Part shown: in pieces, positions 25,584 to 25,981 of the stretch
Position numbering within the stretch: the first letter of the stretch is position 1
How the letters are laid out: each line of letters opens with the position of its first letter
Assembly (NCBI GenBank): GCA_964534625.1
Contig: CAZHRF010000024.1
Location: forward strand, 18,417 to 44,397
Length of the DNA stretch: 25,981 bases
Source of the DNA: an uncultured archaeon
GTDB taxonomy: Archaea; Asgardarchaeota; Heimdallarchaeia; Heimdallarchaeales; Heimdallarchaeaceae
Direction of reading: 5' to 3'
Translations under genes and position numbers: made by a program
Notes under the pieces: model-generated
Databases searched by the model: none
What the model was told of the DNA's origin: nothing
What the model saw: only the letters and a program-made list of their open reading frames with translations

Positions 25584-25730
25584 CATTATCTTAAAGCTTT
25601 TGGCTAAAAAAAGTTTCATATGAAACTATTCTTGCAACTTATCCAGAACTGACTGAAGCTACATTCTGTAAATCATCAAAAACATGACATAATATTTTTA
25701 TAACGTGAAAATAAAAAGAAAGAGAATAAA

Positions 25731-25981
25731 ATGGCATCAAATACAAGAACATCACTAATAAATAAAGAAAAAAAGATCCTCGAGGAACTAGAACAACAAG
25801 TAGGAACCATACCAGTAGTAGAAAAAATAGCATATGATACATTCGGAGTTGTCATCCAAGGCAATACTATAATAGGACTAGGACTATATAATAAAAGGTT
25901 AACCTCTCTCCCAGAGAGTATAACTAGGCTGAAGAACTTGCGAACGTTGATTTTAGCAGTTAACCAGTTACGCTCTCTCCC
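25731..25981 (+). CDS. Leucine-rich repeat protein (5' part, truncated by window end)
   Basis: MASNTRTSLINKEKKILEELEQQVG...IIGLGLYNKRLTSLPESITRLKNLRTLILAVNQLRSL...: typical 23-aa LRR (LxLxxNxLxxLPxxIxxLxxLxx). Missing from the ORF track because there is no stop in the window. Confidence 0.92.
   Translation, partial: MASNTRTSLINKEKKILEELEQQVGTIPVVEKIAYDTFGVVIQGNTIIGLGLYNKRLTSLPESITRLKNLRTLILAVNQLRSL

Noticed and set aside
25273-25864. Minus-strand ORFs 25273-25485, 25639-25842 and 25676-25864
   Set aside because: Antisense to the IS605-type relic and to the LRR gene starting at 25731.
1-25981. CRISPR array, tRNA or rRNA genes
   Set aside because: No regularly spaced repeats and no GC-rich cloverleaf or rRNA-like segments seen by eye.

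Overview
AT-rich archaeal DNA, most consistent with an Asgard (Heimdallarchaeia-like) genome. This is inferred from TATA/BRE-type promoters, oligo-T terminators, a TPR protein with a longin-like tail, a membrane protein with tandem HTH/PCI-like domains and a typical-type LRR protein. The left half (308-10993) is catabolic housekeeping: L-lysine 6-aminotransferase, macrodomain, bifunctional FTCD, CoA-type Nudix, tungsten AOR with two MoaD/ThiS-fold proteins, an alpha/beta hydrolase, DegV and a degenerate cyclodeaminase paralog. The most interesting part is a tightly coupled six-gene minus-strand cluster (15029-24059). It encodes a 2-TM acidic-linker protein, an apparently dead M50-like membrane protease, a degenerate RadB-like ATPase, an MmcB-like PD-(D/E)xK nuclease, a 1099-aa HerA/VirB4-like pseudo-ATPase with a winged helix, and a Hel308/Ski2-like helicase with an inserted SWIM finger; a possible TFB/cyclin-fold gene is divergent from it. 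This looks like an undescribed membrane-associated DNA-processing system. Three small mobile relics absent from the ORF track were also found: a tnpB 3' remnant (51-215), a 108-bp MITE with TIRs and a 5-bp TSD (4131-4238), and a ~390-bp internally deleted IS605-type element that keeps an omegaRNA-like right end (~25194-25583). All family calls are motif recognition by eye; no searches were run.
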